From: Candidatus Bathyarchaeota archaeon
Lineage (GTDB): Archaea > Thermoproteota > Bathyarchaeia > 40CM-2-53-6
DNA length: 64,000 nt
Assembly: GCA_963733055.1 (NCBI GenBank)
Contig: CAVTBR010000001.1
Coordinates: forward strand, 1,408,001 to 1,472,000
Reading direction: 5' to 3'
Positions within the stretch are counted from its first letter, which is position 1, and each line of letters opens with the position of its first letter. The position numbers and the translations under genes were made by a program. Of the stretch, positions 31,369 through 41,406 are shown in pieces. The notes beneath the pieces were generated by a model that was not told the DNA's origin, searched no databases, and worked only from the letters and a program-made list of their open reading frames with translations.

Positions 31369-32205
31369 TTGTCTGAGCTCATCAGCGGCAAACGAGAATT
31401 CGTGACGAATCTTTGCAGGTCGCTAGACCTGACCAAGTATGAATCGTCCGCATACGTCGCTCTGTTGACGAAGGAGGAAATCTCTCCAAGCGAATTGGCG
31501 AAAGCCAGTGGGGTTCCTCGGTCCAGAGCGTATGACGTGTTGAGGACGCTTGTGAGGAAGGGCCTGGCGACCGAGCGCTTGCAGAAGCCTTTGCGATATG
31601 CGGCTGTGGATCCGAGGATCGGACTGTATTCGCTTTCGGCCCAAATTGAAGAGGATGCGAAGAGCAATTTCGCGAAAAAACGTGCTGTAGTTGGTGTCCT
31701 CACGGACGAACTGGGGACGATTTACGAGAACTTCAGATACATGACCGGGAGCGAGCAAAAAGTATCCGTTGGGACTACGTCCTCATGGAAGCAGCTTGAG
31801 TCCCTGAAGGCGCAGACCCAGAATGAGTATGTCGGGGTGTCGCTTTCGGCGACAGTTCCACCTTACAGCATATTTGCCCAAGAGGAAAAGATGCTGGAGC
31901 GTGGAATTAAGATGAAGCTGATAAGGCCGTTTCCGGCGGAGATCCGACGAAGGCACATCGATTGGTACCTTCGTCTAATGAGAAAGGGATTCGAAATCAG
32001 AAGCTCAGAGGATATCGAGTTCTCATTCGATATCTCTGATGCGACGAGCTCGATTATCTGGTTGAACGATCGAGCGGATCATCCTCCCACTGAAGCGGTT
32101 TGGTTCCAGCATGTTCCGCTGGCAAGAATACTCAGGGAGAATTTCGAAATGCTTTGGCGGAGCGCAACCCCTGCGCAAAACATTTTGCGCAAGAGGATCG
32201 CCTAG
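31369..32205 (+). CDS. TrmB-family transcriptional regulator
   Basis: LTKYESSAYVALL, ASGVPRSRAYDVL..L..KGL; divergent from the MFS gene. Confidence 0.9.
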   Translation: MSELISGKREFVTNLCRSLDLTKYESSAYVALLTKEEISPSELAKASGVPRSRAYDVLRTLVRKGLATERLQKPLRYAAVDPRIGLYSLSAQIEEDAKSNFAKKRAVVGVLTDELGTIYENFRYMTGSEQKVSVGTTSSWKQLESLKAQTQNEYVGVSLSATVPPYSIFAQEEKMLERGIKMKLIRPFPAEIRRRHIDWYLRLMRKGFEIRSSEDIEFSFDISDATSSIIWLNDRADHPPTEAVWFQHVPLARILRENFEMLWRSATPAQNILRKRIA

Positions 32206-32224
32206 GCATGGAGCTTCTTTCCTG

Positions 32225-32500
32225 TCAGTACATCACTTTGAAGTCTGTGTATTCCCCTCTCCAATCTTCCCATTCGATCTCAACATTCTGCACAGAAGCT
32301 CCCCGTGGCCCCCTCCGACAGAAATCGACCTCTTCTTCAACGTGCTCTTTCTCACCTTCGAACAAAGCCTCTACGCGGCCGTCAGATAGGTTCCGGACCC
32401 ACCCGGTGATCCCAAGCCTTCGGGCATGTTCTGCGGTTTCAGACCTGAAGAAGACCCCTTGAACGTTTCCGCTCACGTACACATGCGCTCGGACTTTCAT
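32225..32500 (-). CDS. acyP: Acylphosphatase
   Basis: GNVQGVFFR, GWVRNL.DGRVE, GP..A.V. Confidence 0.93.
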   Translation of the reverse strand: MKVRAHVYVSGNVQGVFFRSETAEHARRLGITGWVRNLSDGRVEALFEGEKEHVEEEVDFCRRGPRGASVQNVEIEWEDWRGEYTDFKVMY

Positions 32501-32569
32501 GTTTCCGGTGCCCATCTATGTCTAAATAATGCTTTCAGAAAGCTATGATCTGGTACCGAAAGGGTTAGA

Positions 32570-33715
32570 GTGAATCTGTTAGGTTTGCGAGCAGTAATCG
32601 CGGAACTCAAAGTTCCCGCTTTCCCGTCGTTGGCGGATGAGACGCGGCTTATGGCGGAGAGCATTGGCTATCAAGTGGTTGGGGTGCTCATTCAGAGGCG
32701 CAAGAGCGTCCACCACACCTACACCATCGGGCCCGGCCGATTGAAGGATCTTAAGCACCTAGTTGAGGACGAGCATGCGGACACGGTCATTTTCGCTAAC
32801 CCCCTCACCAGCAGTCACGTGTTCAAATTGACGCAGTATCTTGGTGGAGAGATCAGGGTAATTGACCGAAACCTACTGATCCTCGAAGTCTTCGACAAGA
32901 GGGCGTTCACGAATGAGGCTAAACTTCAGATTCGCCTTGCCAAATTGAAGTACACCTTGTCTTGGGGTAGGGAATTCATCAAACTCCGCGGTATCATGGG
33001 TGAACAGCTTGGCTGGATGGGCCCCGGAGATTACCCATACCAAGAATACTACCGAGCCGCTAGAAACCGCATCAGCCGAATCGAAGCAGAGCTCGAGGAT
33101 ATTTACAAGAAAAAAATGTTAAAACGAGACCACAGACGCGAGCTCGGCTTCCCGATCGTCGCCCTCGCAGGTTATACCCAAGCTGGGAAGACCAGCTTCT
33201 TCAACTTGGTAGCTCATGAAGAGAAGACGGTCGGACTCGGCCCGTTTACGACACTCACCACATTCGCACGCAGGGCGAGTACAGACCCCGAGGACAGCTC
33301 CTCTGACTTCATAATCGTCGATTCTATTGGGTTCATTGAAGACATGCACCCCATCATCCTGAAAGCCTTCCACGCAACCCTAGGCGAGTTGGCGACTGCC
33401 GACCTTCTCCTGCTCTTTATCGACGCAACAGACGATGAATTTCCTCTGGAGAGGAAAGTTAGGTCATGCAGTCAAATTCTCCGCGAGGTGGACATCTCGT
33501 CGCCGATCATTATTTGCGCCAACAAGATAGACGAGGTATCAGACGAACAACTGGAAGTGTCAACGGCAATCATACGCAAGTATTTCGCTGAGGAAGAGAT
33601 CGTCCCAGTAAGCGTCAAATCGGGACAGAACGTCGATAGGCTTCTAGCAGCGATTAAAGCGAGACTTGCGCATGTTCTCACAGTGAAGCAACGAAACCCT
33701 CAAGCGCCCGATTGA
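32570..33715 (+). CDS. hflX: HflX-family GTPase (paralog 2)
   Basis: VIDRNLLILEVFDKRA, GPG, GYTQAGKTS, DSIGFI, NKID. Confidence 0.9.
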   Translation: MNLLGLRAVIAELKVPAFPSLADETRLMAESIGYQVVGVLIQRRKSVHHTYTIGPGRLKDLKHLVEDEHADTVIFANPLTSSHVFKLTQYLGGEIRVIDRNLLILEVFDKRAFTNEAKLQIRLAKLKYTLSWGREFIKLRGIMGEQLGWMGPGDYPYQEYYRAARNRISRIEAELEDIYKKKMLKRDHRRELGFPIVALAGYTQAGKTSFFNLVAHEEKTVGLGPFTTLTTFARRASTDPEDSSSDFIIVDSIGFIEDMHPIILKAFHATLGELATADLLLLFIDATDDEFPLERKVRSCSQILREVDISSPIIICANKIDEVSDEQLEVSTAIIRKYFAEEEIVPVSVKSGQNVDRLLAAIKARLAHVLTVKQRNPQAPD

Positions 33716-34358
33716 ATTCGCGATGCTTCTCAAGCATCACGCTGTGGCCGGCTCCAGGGATTATCTCAAGCTTTGAACCCCTTATCTTCTCATGAAGATA
33801 CATAGAGTACTTCTTCGGAGTCATCTTATCATCCTCGCCGCAAACGACCAGGGTTGGGCATGTCACTTTTTCGAGGTCGTTCATGCGGTCAAACTTGTCG
33901 CAAGCCAAGTAGTCGGCCAAGGTGACTTCGGGACTCAGTTGAAGGAGGCTTTCGGTGAACCTGTCGATAATTACTGGATCAGCGCTCGGGGATACGGACC
34001 AAGATGCGATATGCTTGGCGGCCTGTTCATAGTTCTCTCTAAGTTCTGAAAGTAACTCTGGGTTAACTCGTAGTCGCCCTCCGGTCCCGACGAGCACGAG
34101 CCCCCGAAGAGCTTGGTTGCCGAGGGCGAGTTCTATTGCGATCGCTCCACCCATCGAATGCCCCACCAATACTATGTCACGCCACTCGTGGTGGCCGATT
34201 TGATCGCGAACTGATTGAGCATAGTCCGCGATACTAGTCAAACTGGTTCCAGTGGGGTGTCCTGGAAGTTCAACTGCAACGGAGTCCTTGAAATGCAGGG
34301 TTTGCAGGCGCCACACTGCTGGTGTTTCGCCCGCACCATGAATGAAAAAGAGCGCCAA
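33678..34358 (-). CDS. Alpha/beta hydrolase
   Basis: FIHGAG, GHSMGG nucleophile elbow, D and GAGH; probable TTG start at 34358. Confidence 0.9.
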   Translation of the reverse strand: MALFFIHGAGETPAVWRLQTLHFKDSVAVELPGHPTGTSLTSIADYAQSVRDQIGHHEWRDIVLVGHSMGGAIAIELALGNQALRGLVLVGTGGRLRVNPELLSELRENYEQAAKHIASWSVSPSADPVIIDRFTESLLQLSPEVTLADYLACDKFDRMNDLEKVTCPTLVVCGEDDKMTPKKYSMYLHEKIRGSKLEIIPGAGHSVMLEKHREFNRALEGFVASL

Positions 34359-34440
34359 TTCAAGCGTCTCCGATGCGCACAGACGAGCTTGGAAACAATA
34401 TAGAATAACCCCAATTAAGCCGAGAGGTATAGCGGGCCAT

Positions 34441-35406
34441 TTGACACATCGCTTCACGTTTTTTCGAGGAATTCTCCTAGCCGCCCTAGTTCTGGTCCTG
34501 CTCTCACCCCACCCTGCCTTCGCTAACAAAACGATGTTCATGCAAGCAACACTCAACCCAACACAGATCAACCAAGGCATCTCGGTAGCTGTTGCGGGGG
34601 AAGTATTCGATACCAACGGAATACCCATCTCCAACGCCATTGTCTCAATTCAAGTAACAAACCCCCAGGCAACGAGTATACACCTTGCCGTAGCCTACTC
34701 CGCGAAAGACGGAACCTTTCAGGATAGTTTCCTGATTGCATCCAACTCTCTCGGCGGCAACTACACGGCTTACATGGTCACGGATAAACCGGGGTACGAC
34801 ACAGCCCGAGTTACATTGACTTTCAACTACTCATCCCCTGACTTTTCAATGCAATCCTCGTCCGCTCTGCTAACCCTTCGCCAAGGCGATTCGGGCAAGG
34901 TCACGGTTACGTTGCTTTCGCTGAGAAACTTCAAAGAACCGGTGAATCTAACGGCCCTCAACTTGCCCCCTGGGGTAAGTGTGCAGTTTAATCCGGAATC
35001 TATCACGCCAAGTGGAAATGCGGAAGTGACAGTTCTTGCTTCTCGGTCTGCTCAGATCGGTAATTTCACGATAACTCTGCTTGGTGTATCCGGGCCGCTT
35101 ATTCACACGGTGTCATTCCAGCTTGAAGTCACGCCAGGTCCAATTCAAGTAACTTTCGTGTTAATACCTGCGGTTGTAGTCATCGCTCTCATCGCTGGAG
35201 TTCTGATTCAGAGGCGGCAGCGGCGTTCGCATAGGAGGGCTGCGATTGAGGAATTGTTGAAAGCGAGCGAAGCCGACATGGGTTATGTTTCCACCGCTCG
35301 GGTGATTGCGCGCCTTGAAGAATTGCGGGCTACAAATGAAGTTGATGAATCAACGTACCAGAGACTGAAGAGGGAGTACGAGAAGCGGCTAGAGAAATCT
35401 AAGTGA
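34441..35406 (+). CDS. Surface protein with two Ig-like domains, a TM helix and a short cytoplasmic helical tail
   Basis: Signal peptide, G.V.DTNG.PI.NA.VSIQV, PDFS...NLPPGVS..F.P, TM, basic tail; start approximate. Confidence 0.8.
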   Translation: MTHRFTFFRGILLAALVLVLLSPHPAFANKTMFMQATLNPTQINQGISVAVAGEVFDTNGIPISNAIVSIQVTNPQATSIHLAVAYSAKDGTFQDSFLIASNSLGGNYTAYMVTDKPGYDTARVTLTFNYSSPDFSMQSSSALLTLRQGDSGKVTVTLLSLRNFKEPVNLTALNLPPGVSVQFNPESITPSGNAEVTVLASRSAQIGNFTITLLGVSGPLIHTVSFQLEVTPGPIQVTFVLIPAVVVIALIAGVLIQRRQRRSHRRAAIEELLKASEADMGYVSTARVIARLEELRATNEVDESTYQRLKREYEKRLEKSK

Positions 35407-35409
35407 ATC

Positions 35410-36184
35410 CTACATCTTCTTGAGAGTCTCAGCGATCTCGCCCACCGACCTGGAGAATATGTGGTCGGGTTTGTCGATGGTGTAGATTGATTTGCCGCCG
35501 AACGCCATCAGCTCGCACAGGCATGGTATCATTCCGACCAATGGCAATCCAACCTCTTCCTCAATCTGGCGGGTGAATTTTTCCTTGCCCCCTGCTGCGG
35601 CAACTTGTTCGAGCGGTATCTTGTTCAGGACGATGCCAGACTTTCTCCCGAGGGCCTCGTAGACCCCCTTCGCCAGCTCCTTTGTACCCTCCAAGTCGAA
35701 CTCATCTGCTTTCATAACCAATGAAACCAGATCCGCCCCTGCGAGCGCGGTTTATCGATGAGTATTGTGCTCCGGGGCTAGTGTCGTAGATCAGGTAGTC
35801 AATTTGTTTCTCTTGCAGAATCTCCTTCTTCCCGGCGAGGGTCTTCGATAACGCCTTGACCTCCCATTTCCTGTCTTTACTCATTATGTCCTTGAGCGCC
35901 TCGAGCGAGGGGTTCGCGAAGCCAACCCAGATTTTGCCTGGTAGTTTGAATTTGTCGGATTGGTCGACGAGGGTATCGATGATGCCGCATTTGTCTTCGA
36001 GGTAGTCGTTCAACCAAAACTCCGGCCTTCCCTTGAAGAGCACGTTGAGGCTGGGGGCACGAAAGTCAAAGTCCAGAAGGCACACGTTAGCGCCCTGCCT
36101 AGCATAGACCGCCCCCAGGTTGGTTACCAGTGAGGTTTTTCCTGTTCCGCCTTTGTAGGAGTGAAACGCAAATGTCTTACCCAT
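35410..36184 (-). CDS. MinD/ParA-family ATPase, with an apparent +1 frameshift near 35749
   Basis: KGGTGKT, D.DFRAP, DTSPG, then VLNKIP in the second frame. Confidence 0.88.
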
Positions 36185-36196
36185 TTCTAATTCATC

Positions 36197-36571
36197 TCAT
36201 GTCTCCACGAAGAAGTATACATCGCGACCTTTCCGTTTCTTCTTTACTAACCCCATCGATACGAGCTGGTTTAGGTAGTCACTTTCAACCGCCCGCACCC
36301 TCCCCGTCTCCTTCGAGAGGTCAGTTGCCGTCGCCTCTCGAAGCGTAGCTAAGGCCAGCGCTGACTTGCGAAGATGGTCCGGGAGTGAAAGAAGAGTAGT
36401 CACGTCGAGTGGCATGTCTTCGGGTAGGGAGACGCCTGGGCGAATCATCTGCCCGGCGGGGGTCCGTTGTACTTCAATGAGCCTGTCGAGTTTCCTCGAG
36501 ATGATTTCCATATTTCGGTTCATCTTCTTCAGCAGATCTATGAGAACAGTGTCCGTGCCCCTAGAACTCAC
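36197..36571 (-). CDS. Winged-helix DNA-binding protein with N-terminal coiled coil
   Basis: ATATDLSKETGR.RAVES.YLNQL..MGLV.KKRKGR.VYF. Confidence 0.82.
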   Translation of the reverse strand: MSSRGTDTVLIDLLKKMNRNMEIISRKLDRLIEVQRTPAGQMIRPGVSLPEDMPLDVTTLLSLPDHLRKSALALATLREATATDLSKETGRVRAVESDYLNQLVSMGLVKKKRKGRDVYFFVET

Positions 36572-36721
36572 GGGAAGACCACGCGTAGATGATTCATTTA
36601 CAGGCTATATGAAAGTTTGTGAGCGCTACACAAACACAGTTTTTTGTTGTAGATGTGTAGTACGTAAAAACACTTAAATACTCTTCACTGAACTATTCTT
36701 TCAATCCATGGAGCCCCCAAA

Positions 36722-38269
36722 ATGACCATCCCAACACGTTCCCGAACCAACACCGCCATACTCTTGCTTCTCTTAGCCACACTAACAAGCCTCCAAACAG
36801 GGGCCATGATCGCAAACGCCTACGCAGACAATACGTTGACGATTCAGCTAACCCGCACTACATTAAGCACGGACCCTCTTTCGGCCTCAGGAACCGTCCA
36901 AATTAACCTCAACACTGGCCAACTTACCGTTCAACTGAACCAGGCCACACCCGGTTCCGCCTATACCGCAATCTTCGTATCCCCTCCTCCCTCGGCAACA
37001 CTACAGCTAGGATCCTTCGTCACTAGCTCAGGAGGCAGCGGGAGCGTCCAGGCGAACCTAAGCGGGGGCACCTACACGGGAGTCTTCGAGTTAACGAAGC
37101 TGACCCTCGCGCAATACTCCTCAACCACTACATCTTTCACGATAGGAGCCAGCGGTTCGACTTCCACAAGCGTGACCACAGCCTCCATCCAGACCTCGAG
37201 TCAAACTTCCCAATCCGGAAACGCGGTTACCGCTAACAATACTGGATCGTTTACTTTTCAAATTCAACCGCCCTCAAACACGATCACTGCGGGTGCGTTT
37301 GCCAAATTCGACATACACATAGCCGGGAACTCGACAGCGGATGTGTTCCTAGTCGCCAAGGGCGTTCCTCCCGATAGCGTCGCAATCTTCACGCCAAACG
37401 TGGGCGTTGCCTCGCCCAATTTCAGTTCAAGCCTCACCATAGTCACCTCAGCGGACACCCCGGCCGGCAACTACACGGTGACAGCTGTGGCGATAATCAA
37501 CGGAAAGGAGTTGACGAGCCAGGTGGCTCTACAGATCTTACCACCGTCCATCATAACTACCAGCGGCAACACTACAACCAGCGTTTCATTCGGAACCACA
37601 CTCACAATGACTGTTACAACCGACCAACCCCAATACCAACCCAACGCTACGGTCACCATCCAAGGTCAGGTCAGGGATTCGACCGGAAGCGCAGCCTCCG
37701 GAGTTACCATCTCAGTGCAAGTCGACGCTCCAACCGGCAGTGAACTATTCTCTACAAACAGCATCGACACGGACGCGGCGGGCATATTCCAAGTACAAGT
37801 CAACCTCCCGGCAAGCTCACCGACGGGAACTTACACTGTGTTTACCTCAGCTGCAAAGTCGGGTTACTCAAGCGTGACCACGCGCACCACGTTCGTGGTG
37901 GGAACGTCCACAACGCCCAGCGTGATAATCAAAGCAGTCTACGCAGGGGATAGCGCCGGGAATCCAACTACAACGTTTACATCGGGACAGACTATTTGGG
38001 TCTGGGTCGTTATCGAAAACATCGGAGGCACATTCCAGGGGGTAGTCTGGATTCAGGTGCGTGACCCGAACGGTGTGCCCGTTCAAATTCAGATACATAT
38101 ATCCAGGTTAGACGCTGGTGAAACCATCAAGGATGGGCTTGGGTTCACATTGCTAAACCACCCAACTATTGGCGTTTACACGGTCAACGCCTTGGTCTCC
38201 GACAAGCTGATTTCTCAGGGCGGAACCTTCCTAGCCAGCGCAGACGCACAGTTTGCTCTGATAAGTTGA
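36722..38269 (+). CDS. Large secreted S/T-rich multi-Ig-domain protein
   Basis: Signal peptide, several beta-sandwich repeats, TTDQPQYQP..TVTI.G.V.D motif. Confidence 0.82.
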   Translation: MTIPTRSRTNTAILLLLLATLTSLQTGAMIANAYADNTLTIQLTRTTLSTDPLSASGTVQINLNTGQLTVQLNQATPGSAYTAIFVSPPPSATLQLGSFVTSSGGSGSVQANLSGGTYTGVFELTKLTLAQYSSTTTSFTIGASGSTSTSVTTASIQTSSQTSQSGNAVTANNTGSFTFQIQPPSNTITAGAFAKFDIHIAGNSTADVFLVAKGVPPDSVAIFTPNVGVASPNFSSSLTIVTSADTPAGNYTVTAVAIINGKELTSQVALQILPPSIITTSGNTTTSVSFGTTLTMTVTTDQPQYQPNATVTIQGQVRDSTGSAASGVTISVQVDAPTGSELFSTNSIDTDAAGIFQVQVNLPASSPTGTYTVFTSAAKSGYSSVTTRTTFVVGTSTTPSVIIKAVYAGDSAGNPTTTFTSGQTIWVWVVIENIGGTFQGVVWIQVRDPNGVPVQIQIHISRLDAGETIKDGLGFTLLNHPTIGVYTVNALVSDKLISQGGTFLASADAQFALIS

Positions 38270-38270
38270 G

Positions 38271-39275
38271 ATGTACATGTCAGACTCCAAGGGCAATAGC
38301 TTAGACGATGTCATCTCGAACCTTAGCGGAGGTCATCCGGGCTTGGACCGCACTAACGAGAACGGAGAACGTGGCGAGGACCCGAATACGCTTGCCCTCG
38401 AAGAATACTTGGCCAGTAGACTGCAACAGATTGGTGAAGTTACTGCAGAGAAAAGAGAGATCAAAGCGCTGAAGACCGGGAACGGCTGGGACCCTAACCA
38501 AGTAGTTGAACAAGTCTACAAGATTGAACCAATCTCGATCAAGAGAGCAATTGAAATCGCTGTCTCCTCAAACAGGACACTCGGAGAGCGCCTCTCCTTC
38601 AGAAACAGGAAACGGGACTTCGAATTAGTCGGAACACCGACCGTTGATTATGTTCCAATCTGGAAAGTGAGAGGTTTCCACGAATGTTACTACATCCGCG
38701 GCAGCTCATACAAAGTGAGCCTGAAGGATGATGTTGTCGCAGTTGAGATGGAGGGGCAGAGTCGAGATCTTATGCTGGAACGCAAGCACAGCCGCCTGAT
38801 TCCGATAGCAATCATGGACCGGCTCCAGAGGATAAGCTCATTTCTGTCAAACGAATCGAAGTACTTCGTAATCACGAACGCCCTCGAGCTGGCCGTAAAA
38901 TCGTCCGAAGCGGAACTTGTGATAAGCGGAGCAGGCCGCTCGGTGACTCCTGACGACGAAGCTGAATTAACTTCCTGGAAATCTAAGAGGATTTTCGACG
39001 AGGAAGATATGAAGGTTCGCGGAGCCAAAGTGGAGATCCGCGACCCAGCATTACCAAAGGACGTGCTACTCGCGAAGTTCAGAGAACACGTAATACGTAT
39101 GCCCGAACACTTCAAGCAGATCCTGAGCAACAAATTACAGATAACGGAGCTCAAACGCATATACGTGCCCCTGATCAGAGTGCCCACGCAGAAAGGACTC
39201 GTACCACACGAAACCATCGTGAACGGTACGACCGGGGAACTTGCAGATGCGAAACTACTCGCTCTCTTCGAGTGA
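38271..39275 (+). CDS. Hypothetical protein
   Basis: 334-aa ORF with YVPIW...YVP...VNG.TG pattern; tightly coupled to the upstream gene. Confidence 0.75.
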   Translation: MYMSDSKGNSLDDVISNLSGGHPGLDRTNENGERGEDPNTLALEEYLASRLQQIGEVTAEKREIKALKTGNGWDPNQVVEQVYKIEPISIKRAIEIAVSSNRTLGERLSFRNRKRDFELVGTPTVDYVPIWKVRGFHECYYIRGSSYKVSLKDDVVAVEMEGQSRDLMLERKHSRLIPIAIMDRLQRISSFLSNESKYFVITNALELAVKSSEAELVISGAGRSVTPDDEAELTSWKSKRIFDEEDMKVRGAKVEIRDPALPKDVLLAKFREHVIRMPEHFKQILSNKLQITELKRIYVPLIRVPTQKGLVPHETIVNGTTGELADAKLLALFE

Positions 39276-39343
39276 ACATCCATTCCGGGCAGCGTATAGC
39301 GGGATAAACTAAATCTAATCCATTGACGTGCAGCTCTCCATAG

Positions 39344-40381
39344 GTGGGTTCACTGCATACTCCGAGAAGACTACTACTGCTCACAGCAATATTCGCAATG
39401 ATTCTGGTTCTGCCACAAGTCTTCTCGCAAGCCTCTTTGACCGTCACGGTATCGACCAACCAAACTCAGTATGCGCCGGGTGCCTTGGTTACAATTTTCG
39501 GTAAGGTCGTGGACAACCAGAGCAACCCTGTTGTTGGGGCCGCGGTTTCGATCGAAGTAAACGAACCGCCAATCTATGTGCAGCTCGTTTCCTCAGACCA
39601 ATCTGGATCCTTCTCAGACCAATTCGCCTTATCCAGCGAGTTTCCACAAGGGCAGTACACGATCTACGTCACTGCGCACAAGGGCAATTTCACTGCGGCG
39701 CAACAAACGCAGTTTACCGTTCTACCACAAACAGCCTCAACCACAGCATCGTCATCAACATCAAGTTCACAAACGACTCCCCCAAGCCAATGCTTCATCG
39801 CAACCGCAACATACGGCTCCGAACTCTCACCAGAAGTCTCACTCCTCCGGAACCTCAGAGACAAGAAGATCAGTCAAACCGTTGCGGGAAGGAATTTCAT
39901 GCTTCTCTTCAACTCATTCTACTATAGCTTCAGTCCTCAGGTAGCTTCCGTTATATCATCCCACCCGCTGGTGAGGTCCGCCGCGAAACTTCTACTCTAC
40001 CCCCTCATTGGGCTTCTTTACGTCTCGGATAGAGTCTTCACAGCGCTTTCATTCAATGGCGAACTGGCCGTAACGGCAGCCGGAGTATTCGCTGCGATAG
40101 GCATCGGTGCCATTTACGTCGGACCGGTTGCCATGGTCTTCTGCAAGATCTCCAAGCAAGGTAAACGTGCAATCTACAGCGGAGGCTGGAAGGTGTCTAT
40201 CTCATCGTGTATTCTCGCAGCCCTGATCCTAAGTCTAGGAGAAGCTGTAGGAGTCCCAATACTGCTCTCCGTTGGGATAGTTTCGATTCTTCTCAGTTTC
40301 ATTTTGCTCGGCGCGTTATCGGCCCTGCGCCTATGGGGATTAGTTGAGAATTGGAAGAGAACTGACTTTCCAGGAAAGTAG
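39344..40381 (+). CDS. CFI-box-CTERM domain surface protein
   Basis: CFIATATYGSELSPEV..LR..RD...GR.F...FN..YY.FSP, after an Ig-like domain. Confidence 0.9.
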   Translation: MGSLHTPRRLLLLTAIFAMILVLPQVFSQASLTVTVSTNQTQYAPGALVTIFGKVVDNQSNPVVGAAVSIEVNEPPIYVQLVSSDQSGSFSDQFALSSEFPQGQYTIYVTAHKGNFTAAQQTQFTVLPQTASTTASSSTSSSQTTPPSQCFIATATYGSELSPEVSLLRNLRDKKISQTVAGRNFMLLFNSFYYSFSPQVASVISSHPLVRSAAKLLLYPLIGLLYVSDRVFTALSFNGELAVTAAGVFAAIGIGAIYVGPVAMVFCKISKQGKRAIYSGGWKVSISSCILAALILSLGEAVGVPILLSVGIVSILLSFILLGALSALRLWGLVENWKRTDFPGK

Positions 40382-40382
40382 T

Positions 40383-40820
40383 CTAGCGTCTTGGCTTCTC
40401 TTTCTTGCCCTTCATGAGGGCATCTAGGGAGACGGAGTTGATGGCGTACACTTTGTAGCGTATGCCCGGAATGTCGCCCATAGCTTTGCCTTCCGCACCG
40501 CCAATCCCTTCGATCAGAACCTCGTCATGTTCGTCGATGAAGTTGAGCGCGCCGTCACCTGGGACGAAGGCGGTTATGACTTTACCATTCTTGATTAGTT
40601 GAACCCGCACGGCTTTCCTCACAGCGCTGTTAGGTTGTCGCGACTCCACCCCAACCTTTTCGAGAACGATCCCGCGTCCCTGCGGCGCACCCTGTAGCGG
40701 ATCCGCCTTAAAGTCAAGGCCAAGCATTCTTCGTTTGAAGGGTCTATAGTGCCATCTAAAGCGACGCCTATCCTTCTTCGCCTTCCTCGCAGCGAGAATA
40801 CCTCCGGCACCACTTCCCAT
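40383..40820 (-). CDS. rps12: 30S ribosomal protein uS12
   Basis: [28 protein letters not shown]. Confidence 0.96.
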   Translation of the reverse strand: MGSGAGGILAARKAKKDRRRFRWHYRPFKRRMLGLDFKADPLQGAPQGRGIVLEKVGVESRQPNSAVRKAVRVQLIKNGKVITAFVPGDGALNFIDEHDEVLIEGIGGAEGKAMGDIPGIRYKVYAINSVSLDALMKGKKEKPRR

Positions 40821-40951
40821 GTGCTTGCACTTTCCTTGATGATGAATGAGGCAAAACCGAACTTGCGCTATAAGTGCTTATCGTAGCTAGAGGAAAGACA
40901 CGGATCGGGAAAAGTTGAATCTAATATTAGTTTCAGAGCATTACCGACGGG

Positions 40952-41365
40952 ATGACAATGACAGAGAAGCCTGAGTTCCTAAGGATCGATCATGTTCAAC
41001 TAGCCGCGCCTACCGGTTCCGAGGAAAAGGCACGTGAGTTTTTCGGCGCAATTCTCGGTATGACGGAGATTCCGAAATCGGAGAATCTTCAAAGACGTGG
41101 TGGTGTGTGGTTTCAAGTCGGTTTAAACCAATTACACATCGGTATGCAGAATGCGATGAACTTTCACCCAAATAAGAAGGCCCATCCGGCGTTCGAGGTA
41201 AACGACTTGCAAATACTACGTCAGCGATTACGGTCCGCGGGAATCCCCGTTAACTGTGACGAACCGATGGAAGGCGCAGATCGTCTCTATACAGAAGACC
41301 CTTACGGTAACCGGTTAGAGTTCATTCAGTGGAAACGAAGAGATCGTCCACCAACAGAAACCTAA
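40952..41365 (+). CDS. VOC/glyoxalase family protein
   Basis: IDHVQLAAP...GGVWF...HPAF...DPYGNRLEF. Confidence 0.92.
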   Translation: MTMTEKPEFLRIDHVQLAAPTGSEEKAREFFGAILGMTEIPKSENLQRRGGVWFQVGLNQLHIGMQNAMNFHPNKKAHPAFEVNDLQILRQRLRSAGIPVNCDEPMEGADRLYTEDPYGNRLEFIQWKRRDRPPTET

Positions 41366-41406
41366 ACCTCATCCGATGGAGACTTGACGTTACCGACCTC
41401 CTCCAG

